NCBI GenBank assembly: GCA_964016885.1
Contig: OZ024751.1
Location: 32,922,001 to 32,986,000, forward strand
DNA: 64,000 nucleotides
Direction: 5' to 3'
Origin: Eledone cirrhosa
Taxonomy: Eukaryota
Under the pieces are notes generated by a model that was not told the origin of the DNA, made no database searches, and saw only the letters and a list, made by a program, of their open reading frames with translations. Shown piece after piece: positions 25,910 through 41,847 of this stretch. Position numbers and translations under genes: made by a program. How positions within the stretch are numbered: position 1 is the stretch's first letter; each line of letters starts with the position of its first letter.

Positions 25910-26527
25910 AATATTCCTATATTCCGTTCTCCATCTTCATATTTCTCTTTTTTCTCAGTTATATACCTTTCCAGTTGCTATATATATATATATGAAAATT
26001 ATCTATAGATAGGAAAAACGTGTTGTCATAGGTTGTCGAAATCGGTGTATAAGTTTCGTCCCTTACTGACAGTACTGCTGGTCCATTCGAGGTTACAGTC
26101 TCTCACAAGATATTTAATCGATGATGGAGTATGTTGCATATAAAATTAAATGTTCAATATTTAAATCCAATAATATATGCAAAGTCAGCTATAATACTTC
26201 GAAACAGAAGTCTTTGATTTACACACACACATCATACACACCCACATACCCCCCCCCCCCACACACACACACAGCTGTACAGACAGAGATATAGTAGGAT
26301 TTCAGTATGAACTCTTATAACTTCAAACAACAGAGGAGGTTAAATAGAAAAAAAATCGGGTAAGATTTCAACAAGTTGCCTGTCCTGTAGTCATGAGAAA
26401 TAATGCTTACGTCAATCAACAGTTTATATAACATGCTGAGAAATGGTGGCATATCTTAGTATAACGGTTGCACATTTACATAAACAGCAATGTCTATAAG
26501 AGAGAAAATGGATAGAGGAGAGGCAAT

Positions 26528-26607
<80 letters not shown>

Positions 26608-27067
26608 TTAAATGTAGAGGGGAAGAGGAGAAATTGAAAAGAACAAAGGGAGATAAGAAGTGATGTATATAGAGAAAGAGAGGGGGATGGGTGTCACAAT
26701 TGAAGTAGGCAAAGGAAAAGAGAGAGAAACATGTGAGACAGAGAGAATAAGAGAGAGAGAGAGAGGGGGGAGAGGATGGTGTGTGATAGGGTGGAGGGAG
26801 ACAGTGTGTGAGGTAAAATGATGGAGAGAGAGAGAGAGAGAAAGAGAGAGATCAAAATGTGGTCAATCAAACTGCTCGAAATAGCATATTTAGCCGAAAT
26901 GTAAGATAAGGTGTTGAATACCTGATGTGTTAGATAATAGCGACTGTGGCAGGAATATACTGCTTCCCAAATATAAAGAAAGCTGGAAGAACCAGCAATA
27001 TAAATACCTTTCATCTTATGTTAGTGAAATTAATAGACGGAAATTGCGTGAACTTAGATATAAATAA

Positions 27068-27505
27068 CCACAGCACTACCACCAAAATACCACCACCACA
27101 ACACCACCACACCACCCCCTACCACCAACACCACACTACAACACCACCACTACCACCAAATGCCACCACCAGAACATCACCACCACAACACCACCACACT
27201 ACCACCAAACCACCACCACCACACTACCACCAAACCACAACCACCACCACAACACCACCACACTACTACCAAACCACCACCACCACACTACTACCAAACC
27301 ACCACCACCAAAACACTACCACCAAAAGACCACCACCACCACCACACTACCACCAAAATATTACCACCACAACACCACCACACTACCACCAAAATACCAC
27401 CACCACCACCACCACCACACTACCACCAAAATACCACCACAACCATACTGCCACCACCACAACAATACTGCCACCACAACACCAACATCAGAACCACCAA
27501 CAAAT
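27068..27505. repeat. (CCA)-rich degenerate minisatellite
   Basis: Recurrent CCACCACCACACTACCACCAAA units. Similar GGT/GTT tracts at 28075-28131 and 60258-60368. Confidence 0.9.
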
Positions 27506-28769
27506 ACCTCAGCAAGAGAACCGCCAAGACTGATGGGGGGGGGGGGGCACAAAGCCATAGCTGACGTATGTTAGCCGTGCGCAAGGAAGTGGAAATATAA
27601 ATGTACATGTGTGTTTTTTCAGCTGTATATAATATTATTCCATTCATCTTGTTTTGGGTTTTTCTTTTCCTAGTTATTTTAGCCTGTCATGATATAATAA
27701 TTTAATATTTTACTAATCGTTGGGAAACTGTGGTCGTTTATTGTGGAGTTAATAGGGTTTAAATTAGACAAGCAGTAATACAATAATATAATATAATAAA
27801 GAGTCAATAATGAAAGCTCAACATCATCTCCTAACGAATATCGACCACTTTTAAACATACTTTCATCTCGTACAAATGTTTTAAAGTTGGTGATTTCAAG
27901 AACATTGCGTGATCACATAAATTCGAATGACCGCTGGCACAAGACTTAAATATGCGTTACTTATTGCTGTACGTACTAACCATTAAATTGTCCACATCAA
28001 TAATTGGGTTTTGCCATCTGAAATACGTTTTTCTTCAGCTTATTCTCTGAAACTATTCAGTATGGAGTGAGATGATGGTGGTGGTCGTGGTGGAGGTCGC
28101 GGTGGTGGTCGTGGTGGTGCTGTGGTGGTGGAAAGGAATATACAATAATCTATGAACGCCATTAAGATTTAATGAAGCATTGAGTGCATAGGTATTAATC
28201 ACCTAGAGCTAGAATAATTGTGTAAAAGCACACCGTGCCTGTTTACTGTCGTTAGTGTTGATATGATGCAGAAACTGCAGCATTACGTACGGGCCTGTAA
28301 TTCTGTAGCGACTGTCTGTGAAGACGGGCTATAAAAGTTAAAGGGATATTTCCTTTTCCACGTGACTGTTACAGCTGGCCAGTTCACATTGATAGACACA
28401 GAGAGATACACACGTACACCACATACGTACACACACAGGCACTATCACACTTACACACACACACACATGTGCATTACCACATGCTGTCAGGCATATACAA
28501 CAACAACAACAACAACAAGGATCCCAAACTTGGAGGCCTTAATTGATATATTATACCAGTAATATACAGAGGGTATTGTCTGTATTTTAGAGAAAAAGTT
28601 AACTTCAAGTAGATTTGACGGTGGTAGGTATTATCGATTTTGACTCTAGTAATTATTTCTGGTTCTATTGAAGAAATACAATTATATGAAACATGTGTAA
28701 GTGGACATGTCCAGAGCGGAGCCAGATATAACGTGTTTTTCTATATATAAATGCACATATATACATGAT

Positions 28770-29057
28770 GGCTACCCCCTCTTATTATCGAGTATGGCCA
28801 TTGCACGATATAACAGTATTAATAATTATCAATTAATGCTATCGTGCAATGCCTGTACGTGAACATTTTTTTAAAGTGAGGAAAGACTGTGCACTGAGCC
28901 AATTCCACTCTCTGAGCGACAGTAGCTATAACCCGAACGAAGAAAAGATCAGCACTATCGGTAACTACTATGTCGCAGGTGTTATGTCGGAGTTGCCTTC
29001 TCCTAGAAGAATGCCCTGACAGTGGTTTAACTGCGGGATCGGGTAGTGTTTGCGATA
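28770..29057 (-). mobile_element. Old RTE-related short element
   Basis: Minus-strand CTAGGAGAAGGCAACTC (28990-29006) matches the motif at about 54857-54874. Small inverted repeat CATTGCACGATA/TATCGTGCAATG. Confidence 0.35.
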
Positions 29058-29200
29058 CATATACATATATACACACATATGTATGTATTTATATGTGTAT
29101 GTTTACACAAACATATAGCAATTAAAAAGCCCAATGGAAACATTGTTTCCTCGTTACGCGAATGAGGTCTGGGATCTTCTCAATTTACCATATATCACAC

Positions 29201-29237
<37 letters not shown>

Positions 29238-29240
<3 letters not shown>

Positions 29241-29625
29241 GTGAGATATATGGATGGATGGGTAATGTTGAAGTAAGAGAATGACAGGGCTTGGATGAAC
29301 CGAGAGGAAGACTGGGTATAAGAGGAATCAGAAGTAGTGTGTAAGAAAAAAGACTTCGTTTGTATGGAGATGTGATGCGCATGGAAGATGATCTCTTGGT
29401 GAAGAAGTCCCGAAAATTCCCAGTTGAAGGAAACCGTAGTGGCGGCAGCTAAAGTAAGATTTGCGCAGACTGGGGTGGTGAGAGCTGATTTCAAATCACT
29501 GAAACTCAGAGTGGATATGACGAAGTTTCGTAACGTGTGGAGACATAATGTACAGGAAATGACCCGTCCAACCCACGCAAGTGTAGAAATGTGGACGTAA
29601 GAACTATGATGACGATGATGATACA
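29238..29625 (+). mobile_element. RTE-clade LINE 3' end (decayed)
   Basis: Translates WMGNV..RLGIRGIRSSV*EKRLRLYGDVMRMEDD..KKSRKFPVEG, like the RTE C-terminal RLRWYGHVxRM motif. In-frame stops and a (GAT)n tail. Confidence 0.85.
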
Positions 29626-29779
29626 TACATACATACGAGTGTATATATATGCATATTCACCGACCCGCACATATTAGTATAGTCTTGAATACATTTCTTC
29701 TGTTTTTCTTTCTTTGCAATTTAAATAATTAGTATCTCCATGTTCGGTTTTCCTGATAGAAATGTTTCAATGGAAATAT

Positions 29780-30000
29780 ATGAAGCAATTGAAAACAAAA
29801 ACATTTCGAAATTATTCCATACAAAGAACGTTTCGCCTTTACAAATCAACACTTCATATTTGAGTGACATGCTTAGACTTTAAGTCTTCTAACCTTAATG
29901 AAACTGAATTAATATGAATTGAAAACAATTGTTTCGAGAAATGTTCTGACGAAATATTTCCCCCCAAATGGAACATTTTCCTGAATTGATATCCTGCAAT
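29780..30000 (-). pseudogene. Possible piggyBac-like transposase remnant
   Basis: Frameshifted peptides GEIFRQNISRNNCFQFIL / LRLEDLKS / VWNNF resemble the piggyBac MSRNRF..LRFD..WN.F region. Confidence 0.3.
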
Positions 30001-32274
30001 ATTACTTCGTCTTTATATTTTATTCTAGTTTTGTGTTGCTTGTATGACATTATCAAATACATGTAGGAAGTAATAGAACTCTGTTGGTTTCGCTGAAGAG
30101 TTTTACTGTTACCCGATCAATGGAACGGCCTGTTCATGAAATTAAAGTGTAACTGATCTCCAGCCTGTTCATATCCTCTGCAGTTAGTGGCCATGGTTTA
30201 CAGCCATGAAAGATGTGACATACAGCCTGCATTTCATTCGTTATGAAAGGAGATGACGTGAAGCTTTTAGTCGGGAATACCAAGTTTACTAAATACCTTC
30301 CAGAGAACCTCTCGATTTCAGTGTTGAAGGCTTTAATTAAGTCAACGGTGATACGATTTCAGGTGGAACAGAGCATCAAGTGTTCTACAACAGTTTTGAA
30401 TATATCCACACACACACACACACGCACACACACACATATATATAACGACTACTTATAATTAAATACGCGTAAGATGCGTGATCACTATGTGCGTATTCAC
30501 TCACACACACACACGCACACGCACACACACACACACACACGTTGGGTGTGGGAGTTTGCGCATACATTCTCAACTTCCGTTTCAAAAAATTATGTCTGCA
30601 TGAAGTAACTAAAATCTAATTGAAAGTAAAAGAAAATCAAATACAAACTAAAAATCAAGTTCAGAAATTTGCTGAATAAACTTTGCATATTATATTACAA
30701 AATGGCTGTTCGTTCTCTTTTCCCTTTTCACATTTTAATTTATTTTATTTTTCATATCATGCACACGTTAGAAGTCGTTTCCATTTGGACGAGTTTAACA
30801 AAATTTCACACCCATCACTCATTATAACACCTCTTAATTAAATGTCTGAATATCATAGACGAGTTGTGGTGTTATTATTAGTGTTTTTGTGGTTGGTGCT
30901 GCAGACATTTTCCAGTTTATTAAGCATCATTTTAAGATTGTATATTTGAAATATTTTTATTTACTCTGAGTATACCAAACTCTTGTTTTCTGTTAGACTT
31001 ATCTAAGTTCGCTATCGGGTAATTTTCTTGTCTTCACTTATTCTGTCTAAGACCTTCAACTTCTGGTGGAATAGTAAAAGTCCCGCAGTAAAATATGGCG
31101 ACGAAGTCCCGCAGTAAAATATGGCAACGGAACTTGGTTAAATCCGTTCCTGACCAGAACAGATTTCATCCAGAGAGAAAGAAGATGAAAAAGAGATGAA
31201 CTAACCCCAGTATTGGATATTTTATGGACTTTAAATTGATGAAAGACAACACTGTCTTCTGTAGGATTCGAACTCAGCGAGCAGCAACATATTCCACATA
31301 TTCCACATATTCCACCCAACAGTGTAACGACTTTATGTTTATTCTTGGGTATAATACAACGTTCCACATTTGATTAAAGTAAGAAGCAAGTATTTTGAGA
31401 CCAAGCTATAGTAATATGTTATTCACTTCGTTCTGAGATTTTATGAATGACAGACAGATCTATGTAATGTGTGAAATTCCAAACGGGTAGAGGCGTGCTA
31501 TTTAGTGTTATATATGATCGAAATACTCGACATTTTAACGCTCTTAAAATAATAACAGTAGTACTTCTAGCAGTGAACTATCTATTTATATGAGAGCTTT
31601 ATAGAAATAACAGGAATAAACTTCAAGTAAAATAATTGGAACAAGTAGTAATTGCATTATATTTGAGAAGAGACCGACCTTCATGCACAACACCATAAAA
31701 TACTGCACACGATGCCTAAACAATCTCAGCAATTGAACTTTATTCTATCGACTCTACAATGATGAAACGTAAAGTTGAATTCAGTAAAATTACTACAAGT
31801 TATTTTCCCCTATGAGAACTAGATGTATGAGTATATTTAGTTCGGCTCTCTGTTACTTCTTTAATATCCACTCATTCACATCACAGACCAATTTACTTCC
31901 AAACCAAAACGGCAAGAAAAGTCGACCAGGAAGCCGCTTGGTGTTTTAAATAAGTTTACCTCCAAATAAAAAGACAGGTCGACTATCAAGACTCAACACA
32001 TACACTTTACTCCACTAGAAATAGAAACCAAATCTGCTTAAGGGGATACATTTGATAATGTTTTCTTATATACATCATGTCTAAAGAAGCGAATTATAAA
32101 CCATGACTGCAATGTCTATCATGATAAACGATATGAGAGTTATACACGTAAAACAATAATGAGGGGGAGAGTAAGAGGTTGGTGCAGAGAGAGAGAAGGT
32201 AGAGAAGGGTGGGGTGAGAGAAAGGGGGGTTATAAGAGTGAGGAGATAGAGAGAGGGTGGAGATAGAGAGGGGG

Positions 32275-32307
<33 letters not shown>

Positions 32308-32617
32308 CGAGACGAGTCAAATCTTCAGCCAAACAATGATTCAGTAGTTAAAATTATGCCCATTCCATTGTTCTTCTCCCCCCTCTCTCTCTCTTCAACT
32401 TGGGATTTTCGCCAAAATGATTCTTCAGAGCAACATTAAATGTGTCTACATAAATATATAACAAATCTACTCGTCTATGTACATATATTCATTCACAGAT
32501 GTTACATACAATTATAGCTATAGGAAAACAGTACGATATATATGTGTATATATATATATATATGGAGAGAGAAACAGATATATTACATATAACACACACA
32601 CACACATATATATTCAC

Positions 32618-32651
<34 letters not shown>

Positions 32652-32728
32652 CTGTATATATATAATATATATATATATATATATGGAGAGAGAGAGAGAG
32701 ACAGATATATTACATTACATATATACAT

Positions 32729-32809
<81 letters not shown>

Positions 32810-33864
32810 TCACATACGTATATATATATGTATGTATCCACACGTATTTATATATATGTATATATATGAATGTATGTTAGTATGTATGTTTGTATCTATA
32901 TATGTGCGTATGTATATATTTATGTGCAAGAGACTATCGACTATGAGAATTTGACACTCTAGTCAAAAAGAACTTTATATATAGTATTTGAATATTCAAT
33001 CACTAATTTGAAGAATTTAATACCTGGCAATTTTCTTCTAGTTTAGAATCATTAAAAGAGATAAGATAGAATATCATTATTTCTCATTCTCCATTTCTCG
33101 TGGTAAAGAAATTATTATTATTATGAGAAACTTTGTAATTTAATATACAAACAAAAGAAATTGCTATTTCGTATTTTATATTTATTTTAGAGAAAGTTCT
33201 TGGTAGATTTATAGATTTTCTTGTATATTATATCATTCTTACATTTTATTATTTTTAATGGTTTCAGTCATGTACCGCGGCCATGCTGGCTTCCTTCTTG
33301 ACGAGAGTTAATTATTTTGATCTATAAAAAAAATACTAATATTTTCTTCACTGGAGAAATTTAAAGATGATCTTGCAGATTTCTTCAGGAATAGTTGCTA
33401 AGAATAAAAGTCTTATTTCCTCATATGTTGAATTATAACTAGTGCCTTCTACAGCACGGCATTCCTACGCCTTATTTAATTTACTCACAGGCCGGCTGAT
33501 ACTTTACTACTAAGCAAATTTACTACTTCTAAGAAGATTATTTCCTGAGTTTAGGTGTTGATGGAACGCGATATATATTTGGCATAACTCATTATTTACA
33601 TTACATATTTACTTTCGTGATCCTGATCTAGTCAAAAGACGCTCAGTTGCTGTCCTCTGTGTCTATATTATCTCCTATACTTCTTTCCGGTGGCTTCTTA
33701 TAAATCACCATGCAGCCTGGGCTCAATATTGTGTAATACAACATGAATGCACGAAATTGCATTGTTCATGTGGTGGCTGAGGGGACGATGAATGTATTTG
33801 TTCATTTGTCCAACATATTCTGTTTTTCCTTTCTTTTTCGTGTGCAACTGTGTTATATCTCTCT

Positions 33865-33943
<79 letters not shown>

Positions 33944-33945
33944 TA

Positions 33946-34189
33946 TGGAAAAATCAAAAATTGCATATAAGGCAAAGCACTCAACCAGAATGCTTATGCA
34001 GAAGACAAAGATAGAGTCACACGTAGTAAATACATCGAACTCGAATAAATAAAATTGTTCAACTTCCAACTGAAAGGGAGGTAGGTCGCCAGAGAGATTA
34101 TATAAATAGGTTTACGAAGTTAGTCGAAGAGAATCGGTACACGTTCTGCCATCTCATACACACTGTATGATATAATCAGGTTTGTAACA
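33946..34189 (+). mobile_element. Possible LTR fragment
   Basis: CATATAA followed by AATAAA, ends GTAACA, bounded by microsatellites. Confidence 0.3.
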
Positions 34190-34735
34190 TATAAATATAT
34201 ACACACACACACATAATATATATATATAAACATACAATATATATATATAAACACACAATATATATATATATAAACACACAATATATATATAACACACATA
34301 ATATATATATATACACACAATATATATATATATACACACACACACACAATATATATAAACACACACATACACAATATATATATATACACACACATAATAT
34401 ATATATATACACACACATAATATATATATATATATACACACACACATAATATATATACATAATATATATATATACATACATAATATATATATATATATAC
34501 ATAATATATATATACATACATAATATATATATATACATACATAATATATATATATACATACATAATATATATATATACATACACACATAATATATATATA
34601 TACATACACACATAATATATATATATATACATACACACATAATATATATATATACATACACATAATATATATATATATACACACACATAAGAGAGAGAGA
34701 GAGATAGAGAGATAGAGAGAGAGAGAAAGAGATAT
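34190..34735. repeat. ~20-bp (CA)nTAA(TA)n minisatellite followed by (AG)n
   Basis: Direct inspection. Confidence 0.9.
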
Positions 34736-35099
34736 GATTATTTGTATTTATGTGTGTTGCACTGATTTTATGTTCCTGTAAATGTGTGTATATTGCACTC
34801 TACTTCCAAATGATTTCAAGTTCCTAAAAAGAAGAAAGATGACTGCAGGCCTTCAAATTATTTCACCAATCCTATGAGATTTCAAAGGATAAAACTTTTC
34901 ACGTGATTTGTACGTATGTTGGCCCTGTTGTTCTGTTGCTTCCAGCTTAACAGCTTAATAATGGAGAAGAATATATTCGGTTTTCTGAACGTGTTTAAAA
35001 AGTTGCACTTGTGAAATCTCTTAGGTGTATCAGCTTCACTTTTTTATATGGCGTGTGTAGTTAAGGTGAATAGTTAAGGTGTTCGCTTTCAAGAGTGTC

Positions 35100-35136
<37 letters not shown>

Positions 35137-35162
35137 ATATATATATATGTTATTATTATTAT

Positions 35163-35357
35163 GGCGGTAGATTGGCAGTATCGGTAGAGGGTCGGACGCC
35201 ATGCTTTGACGCATAGAGTTACGGCTCTTGCCATTCTGAGTTCAAATCCCGCCGAGGTTAACTTTGCCTTTCACCGTTACGGGGTCGATAAAATAAAGTA
35301 CCAGTAATGCAGGGGTAATTGCTGGCCTTGTGTTAAAAGTAGAAACTATTATTATTA
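35163..35357 (+). mobile_element. SINE family A (young, full length)
   Basis: Complete head, B-box, core and (ATT)n tail. Preceded by (TTA)n. Confidence 0.94.
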
Positions 35358-38300
35358 CTACTACTACTACTACTACTACTACACACATCTATCTCCAATC
35401 CTCTCAGGATCTTAAATTGTGATATATGTCAACCTGTAGAAGCAGACAAAGATTTCAAACTATTATAATCGCAAGTGTGTTTGAATAAAAATCGACATAG
35501 CTTCTCGTTAGTTATATATTTACCTTACTAAATTAAACAGAATACGTGATTAAATATGACTAAATACCGTGTATGAGAAATTATTTCAATTAATGTCCTA
35601 AATTTAATACTAGTTTTACTAATGACAACAACAACATCAACCCAGGAATAACAGCTTTGTTGTTTACAATGAATCCCACAACTAACTATCACTAATACCA
35701 TGAAATGACACAATAGTTAGGGTTCGGTATTTTTCTGTGTGCTCTGAATTCAAGTCTTCAGGAGGTCAATTCTAAGATTCGACATTACAGAGAAGAACTG
35801 AGATTGGCAGAATCTGTAATGTATCAGACAGGATATCTTGAAGATTTTCCTCCCTCTGGTTCGTTAAGCTTTGAGTTCACATTATACTGTGACTTTCTTG
35901 GTCGCTCCATTTGACACCTCCATCTGACGTATGTGTCCCTCTATTGTAATCCTTTCTGTTGCAAATACTTAGGTCAGGTCTCCGATCTGAAAAATATCTT
36001 ATTACCTCTCTGCCTCCCAACATTCTCACTGGCCCTTAAAACTGCTATCGAATCAGCAGTCCCTTCCCTGACTAAACTGTCAGACCAACACCACTAAACC
36101 AAGTAATCGCACTATAACAACGAACAACATTACCATCACCAACATCACTTATTCCAAAATTTATAATCACTTTTGCCTTTAGAAGATAACTTAACATCAT
36201 TGTTACTATTAATAGAATGCAACTCCATCACGACTGCCACCACCCCTACGCCACCTTGGCAACTATATCTACACTGTATGTAACAAAATAATCAATACTA
36301 TATTTTTACCGTTAGATACACCATTGGGTAAGACACGAAACATTGCAACCTTCTTGCAGCAATGCTTTATGAAAAGGATCTAATTTACCAATAAACCGAG
36401 AAAATATTGCTTTATATGTGTATAACAATAAAAATATATGTCAATAGGAATCTTACATTATGTTTCATATTATAGTTAAGATGTACGGGAACTACCCTAG
36501 GCTAACAGTTAACTATATTCTCAATTGGTTACACTTTCTTAAAAGTGTCGTTAATTTTCAGCAGTTCTACCTCATTGATTTTGCCAGGTCTATCTTTACT
36601 TTAAAGAATTCCCTTTATTTCCAGCATCTCTCACCGACTGATTCTTGCTTTCTTTTTCTTGTTTTCTTAAACGAATCGGTTTGATATTCATGTGTTTCTC
36701 CTCTCTAGCGTTCATCTCATCTTTGTTTCTTATTACCCTAATTTTCTTTCACTCTTAATCCCTTTCTATTAATAAAGAATGGTTCCTTCAAGAGTGATGG
36801 GGAGTAGTTAGAGCGTGGAACATAATTCTTTGTGGTACTTTTCTACATCACTTAATATCAGGTTTTCAAATACTACAGAGGAGCTCTTTACAACTAATGT
36901 TTTCAGAGTCGATAAAATAAACTTCCTATAAAATACAGAGTCGAATTAATTGGCTTTCACACCCGAAACATTATGGATCTGGGCAATGGAACCATGATTA
37001 AAGGTGGCTTCTAACATTATGGTTTCTCTAACTGGTGTGTTTACAGATTTTCTGAATAAATGTCGTTACAGACATGGTAGTGATGCATATAACTTATGCT
37101 TAACTAAGCCTTTAAAATTACTGAATATGAAACATGAATTTATCTAATCTGGTTTGCATAAATTATCACGTTCTTTCCTTAATATTATTATACATGAAAC
37201 ATCATAGTCCAAATTATTGTATCAACTTTCGGTAATTGTCACTGGCTTTACCATATTTTTGACTCTTATAACTTGACTTTCCCAAGAGAATCCTTTTGTT
37301 TTATTTAATATTTCATGCATTCTTCAGCTTTATTCACCTATTTAATATTTCACTTTTAAGTTTCTAATATTTTAGTTTTTGTCGTTTTCTAATGAAATAT
37401 AGTTTAAATTTCCTTTTTATAAGTTTAATAATAGGCAGCTACTTTTTCTTTATCTTATATAATCCAATTGTTTTTATTTTTATTTTTGAAAACTTGAAGT
37501 TTAATCAGTGATAAGTTAATTGCCTTCAATAATGACTGATTACCATTTAAGTAAAAAGATTCTATATATTTATATTCTCTTTCATAAATATTTTTTCATA
37601 TATATATATGCAATTATCTTTTTTATTTACTCCTAGGCGAGTGTATCTGTGTATGTATAAGTTTCCTGTCTATGTCGATATACACTTATGGGGCTATATG
37701 TATACACGTCTGTATACCTGTATGTATATGTATGCATCTATGTGTATTTGTGTATAGGTGTAATACATATGTTTCTGGCTGTGTGTATGAGTGTGTGCAT
37801 ATTTTTTAAGTGCATAGTATATGTGTATATGAATGTATATATTAGTATGGCTATAGATGTGTGTATATGTCTCGATATCTAAGAGTGCTATGGCTATATA
37901 TGAACATTAGTTTATGTAAATCTACATATGATTAATATTTATATTTATTATTGAAATCATATATCACTTCAACCTATCTTAGTCACCTTTAATATGTATT
38001 TTTATATGAATTGAGACTTTTATCTAATTTTATAATATTCATACTATGAATTATATGAATAGAATTATACTTTGCTCAAAGTAATTTCATTCTTAACCAC
38101 AGAATTGTTTCTATAGCTTAACATCCATATTTCAAGTTTATTTAACCCTCCCTGTACTGTATAATATAATCTTTCAAGATTATATTTACTTCCGCTATTT
38201 GTTTAAAGAAGAAATGCATATTCAATTATCTACCTTTACTTTATGCTTGCATCTCTTTTGTTTCATAAGTTGGCTCCAGTTTCATCTTTCATCTCACCAT

Positions 38301-39102
38301 GTCTCTATAGTACAACTCATAAGCTCAACTTTCTCTTCCTATCTCCTCCCTTCTTTCTATATTTTTATATATCATACACGTAGATTTATTTTATTTATCA
38401 CCCCCTCTCTCTAATATATGTCACATTAACCTCCACCCTCTCTCTGTCTTACTATTTCCTCCTCTATATATTTGCTATATTCCATACCCTAAATATTACT
38501 TTATCTTTCTTTGCTTCGTTTTTGTTTATAATAAAATTAAAGTAACTTACCAGTCAATCTAGTTTTATATTTAAATTTAGTGTCCCATATTTTAACGGTT
38601 TACTATTAGCAGGATCTATTTTAGTTATCAGTGATATTGTGATATACGCTATTTTTAGAACTGTTAGCTCGTGGGAATCGACCTCACACTCATCGTATGA
38701 CGGGCGGCTGTTCTTCCAGTTATACCGAAGCAAACTGATGAATTTTTCCGTTATTTGAAACCAATCGTATCTAACAGTGCATACACAAACAGTCAACGTC
38801 TAGAGATGTTCAGTGGATATATATTTCTTGTGTGCATAAAATCAACAGCTTCAGCAAATGTTTTTGACTACCGAGAATTGACTAAATTGGTTATATCAGC
38901 ATCCAGGTACGGATAAAATGGATAGTGTTGTGCTTCACTCGAACTTACACTTGCCGAATGTCGTATGTCACAGACATATCTGTGTGTGCGTGTGTATATA
39001 TCTAGTCACTTGCACCATCCACGCTAAATTTGTGGATTCCTTAGAACACCAGCCTCTTGTACACAAGCAATAAAAAGCAGCACGTATGCCTAGCATATAT
39101 AT

Positions 39103-39139
<37 letters not shown>

Positions 39140-41281
39140 TAATATTCAGTGCATGTTATAAAATATCTATGTGTGTGTGTGTGTACATATGTGTGTAGCT
39201 GTTAGTCAAAGATGGGTCACTAACATTTTTATAGGTGTCACTGTTGAAGATCCCTTTCACAAAGCAGTTTAGAATGTATTTCAGTTTGACGAGATATTTG
39301 TGTAAATGGACTTTACATTCATGTATTCGACAAATACAGCTATAACTACGATATTATATTCGTTTCATCGTGGCATGCTATAAAATACCGTAATTCACCA
39401 TCATGTTTGTGTGGATTTGTGGGGAATAACTCCACATTCAAAGAGAAAATTGTTTCGCTTCTAAGGCCATAAACTCTAATATATTATTGAATATATTACT
39501 ATCCGTCATATTGGTCAGCAACTTGCTTTTTTTTTATTTACTTTGGTTTGTGTTTTTGTTCCTCTGCAGCGCAAATGATTTCTATTTTATTTATTTCATA
39601 TATTTTTCTGTTAGTTTTTTTTAAAATATTCACATCGTCACACCGGACTGTTTACTGTTTTAATCTACAAAACAGTAAAATATCCATTAATATATGTATA
39701 CATGTATATTTATAATATATATATATATATATATATAAATGTGTATTTGTATAAGTGTGTGAAATCTTTGGTACATCATGTAGTTCTCGTATATTGCTAT
39801 TAGATGTGATTTAACTTCCGATTCTATACATCATTTTGTTAGTTCTGTCATGTCAACCATATAATGGGTCTTCATGTTGTTGTTGTTGTTGTTGCCCCCT
39901 CCCCCACAGTAGACTTAGATCAAAGACATTCCCGCTAACACTATCGCATCCTTTTGCCAGACTATATTTTACAATCATTCCTTATGTTTTTGTGATTTGA
40001 AGGAGATTGGACTGCTATTTATAGTAAGTCAAGCAATCACCTTGCAGCTGACTCATTAGCTGGGATATTGAATATTTAAGTCCACCGGTGGAGTGGATCA
40101 TTCGAGAAAATATGAAACCCAGCCGTGTTTTCATACTTAGACTATGTAGGGTTTAAGCCTACCTGTCTCTGGTGACCAAGTGACCATTGATCAGGTTATT
40201 AGCTCTAGCCATCAGCAAAAGATTACAATCCTCAAAAGTCAAATATCATAGCTAAAACACACCTGACAACAGTCACACAATTTTCGCGCTTGACCACAGA
40301 ATAAATATCATTTCTGGTCGTAAACGAGTCATCGAAGGAGAATTTATCTTAGCTCTAATTAAAAATAGGATATATTTGACAAGGTGATCCCAAAAAGACT
40401 ATATCTAAATGGAGACTTAATATAATCTCTGATCAATTCTCTTCAAGAGCGATTTGATCTCATATCCGGATTGTTTATTGATTTAGCTGCCACAAAGATG
40501 ATCATTAATGCTAGAATTAGCAGCTAAATTTCCTTCAATTTCGATCCCCTAACATTCTAGAAATGTTTATTACGCGAACATTTACACTATATTTACCCTT
40601 CTCATTTATATATGGACTGTTAGTAAGTAGATTAAGTCGGACATACAAGCTGGAACAAATCTATTCATAAGATGAAGAAGAAAATATTGGAAATTCTATA
40701 TTTTCATAGAACCTGAAAACAACAGCAGCCAGCAGGTTCCCTTTCAGAAAACATCCACCAAAAACAAGACAGTATTTCTTTTGCCCTATCTTCACTGAGA
40801 TAATATCATGTGTAGGCGAAAAGTTTCAGGAAAGAACAACAGGGTCAAGACGAAGAAAGGTCACATATTTGGGACATTTACGAGAAAGAAGCTATTAAAG
40901 AAAGCAGGAAGAGGGATAAGAGAAAAAAAGTAAAAAACGAAACCAAAAGTATATTATAACAGGAAACATTAACGGAAATAGAAATGATTTGATAGTGAAA
41001 TCGTTCAAATTAATAAACGTGGCATTTCTAAAGACAGACAAGTATAAAACAATAACATTGTCTTACAAAAATTATCAGGTAAAATAGTGATTGGAAAATT
41101 AGTAGATTAAAGTTAATCAAGAACCGAATGTTCATACTTGCATATGGATGTCTGGTTAATATATTTCCTTATGCAGCCGCGTGGTTCCAGGCTTGATTCT
41201 CCTGCTCAGTTAGTTGCACGAGTAACTTCTAACGTAGCCTCCAGTTGATTTGTGAATGGAATTCGTGACAGACAGACACAA

Positions 41282-41331
<50 letters not shown>

Positions 41332-41409
41332 CGGTGCCTCACCATGGCCTCAGCCGGATGGCTGGAACAGGTAAAAGAGTAAAATAGTATATATACATCT
41401 CTCTCTCTC

Positions 41410-41457
<48 letters not shown>

Positions 41458-41804
41458 AACACAAATAATTAACCAATCAACAGAATATATATATATATAT
41501 ATATCATGAATACCACGAGCTTGCCAGTTACGTAAGTCTGATATTTGATTTCGGATTCATAGAAACACTTTAAACGTATAACGTTTGATTTGTCCAGGTG
41601 TATTTTTCTCAACCTGTTAGTTCTTTCGTTACTTTGGTATATTATGTGTTAGATTTTGCCTACCACAATGTTCAATTTGTCAAGCTATTTAAACGTATGT
41701 TATTACTCTAAGGACCTACCTTGTCGAGTGCTTTTAACTCATTCATATAGTAGGCCGAATTTGCTTGCACACCGCCAGATATTCGATTTTACTAAGTATC
41801 CAAT

Positions 41805-41847
<43 letters not shown>

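Noticed and set aside
26946-27564. Pro/Thr/His-rich mucin-like ORFs
   Set aside because: A (CCA)n low-complexity tract open in several frames, with no splice or domain support.
29740-29990. Plus-strand LRR-like peptides (IENK/IENNCF)
   Set aside because: The reading needs frameshifts and stops, and the minus-strand transposase reading fits at least as well.
31078-31129. 26-bp two-copy tandem repeat AAGTCCCGCAGTAAAATATGGC.ACG
   Set aside because: A simple local duplication with no further structure.
38735-38775. CTGATGA...GAAAC-caatc-GTA hammerhead-like spacing
   Set aside because: Stems I and II do not pair. It may be a very old remnant but cannot be supported.
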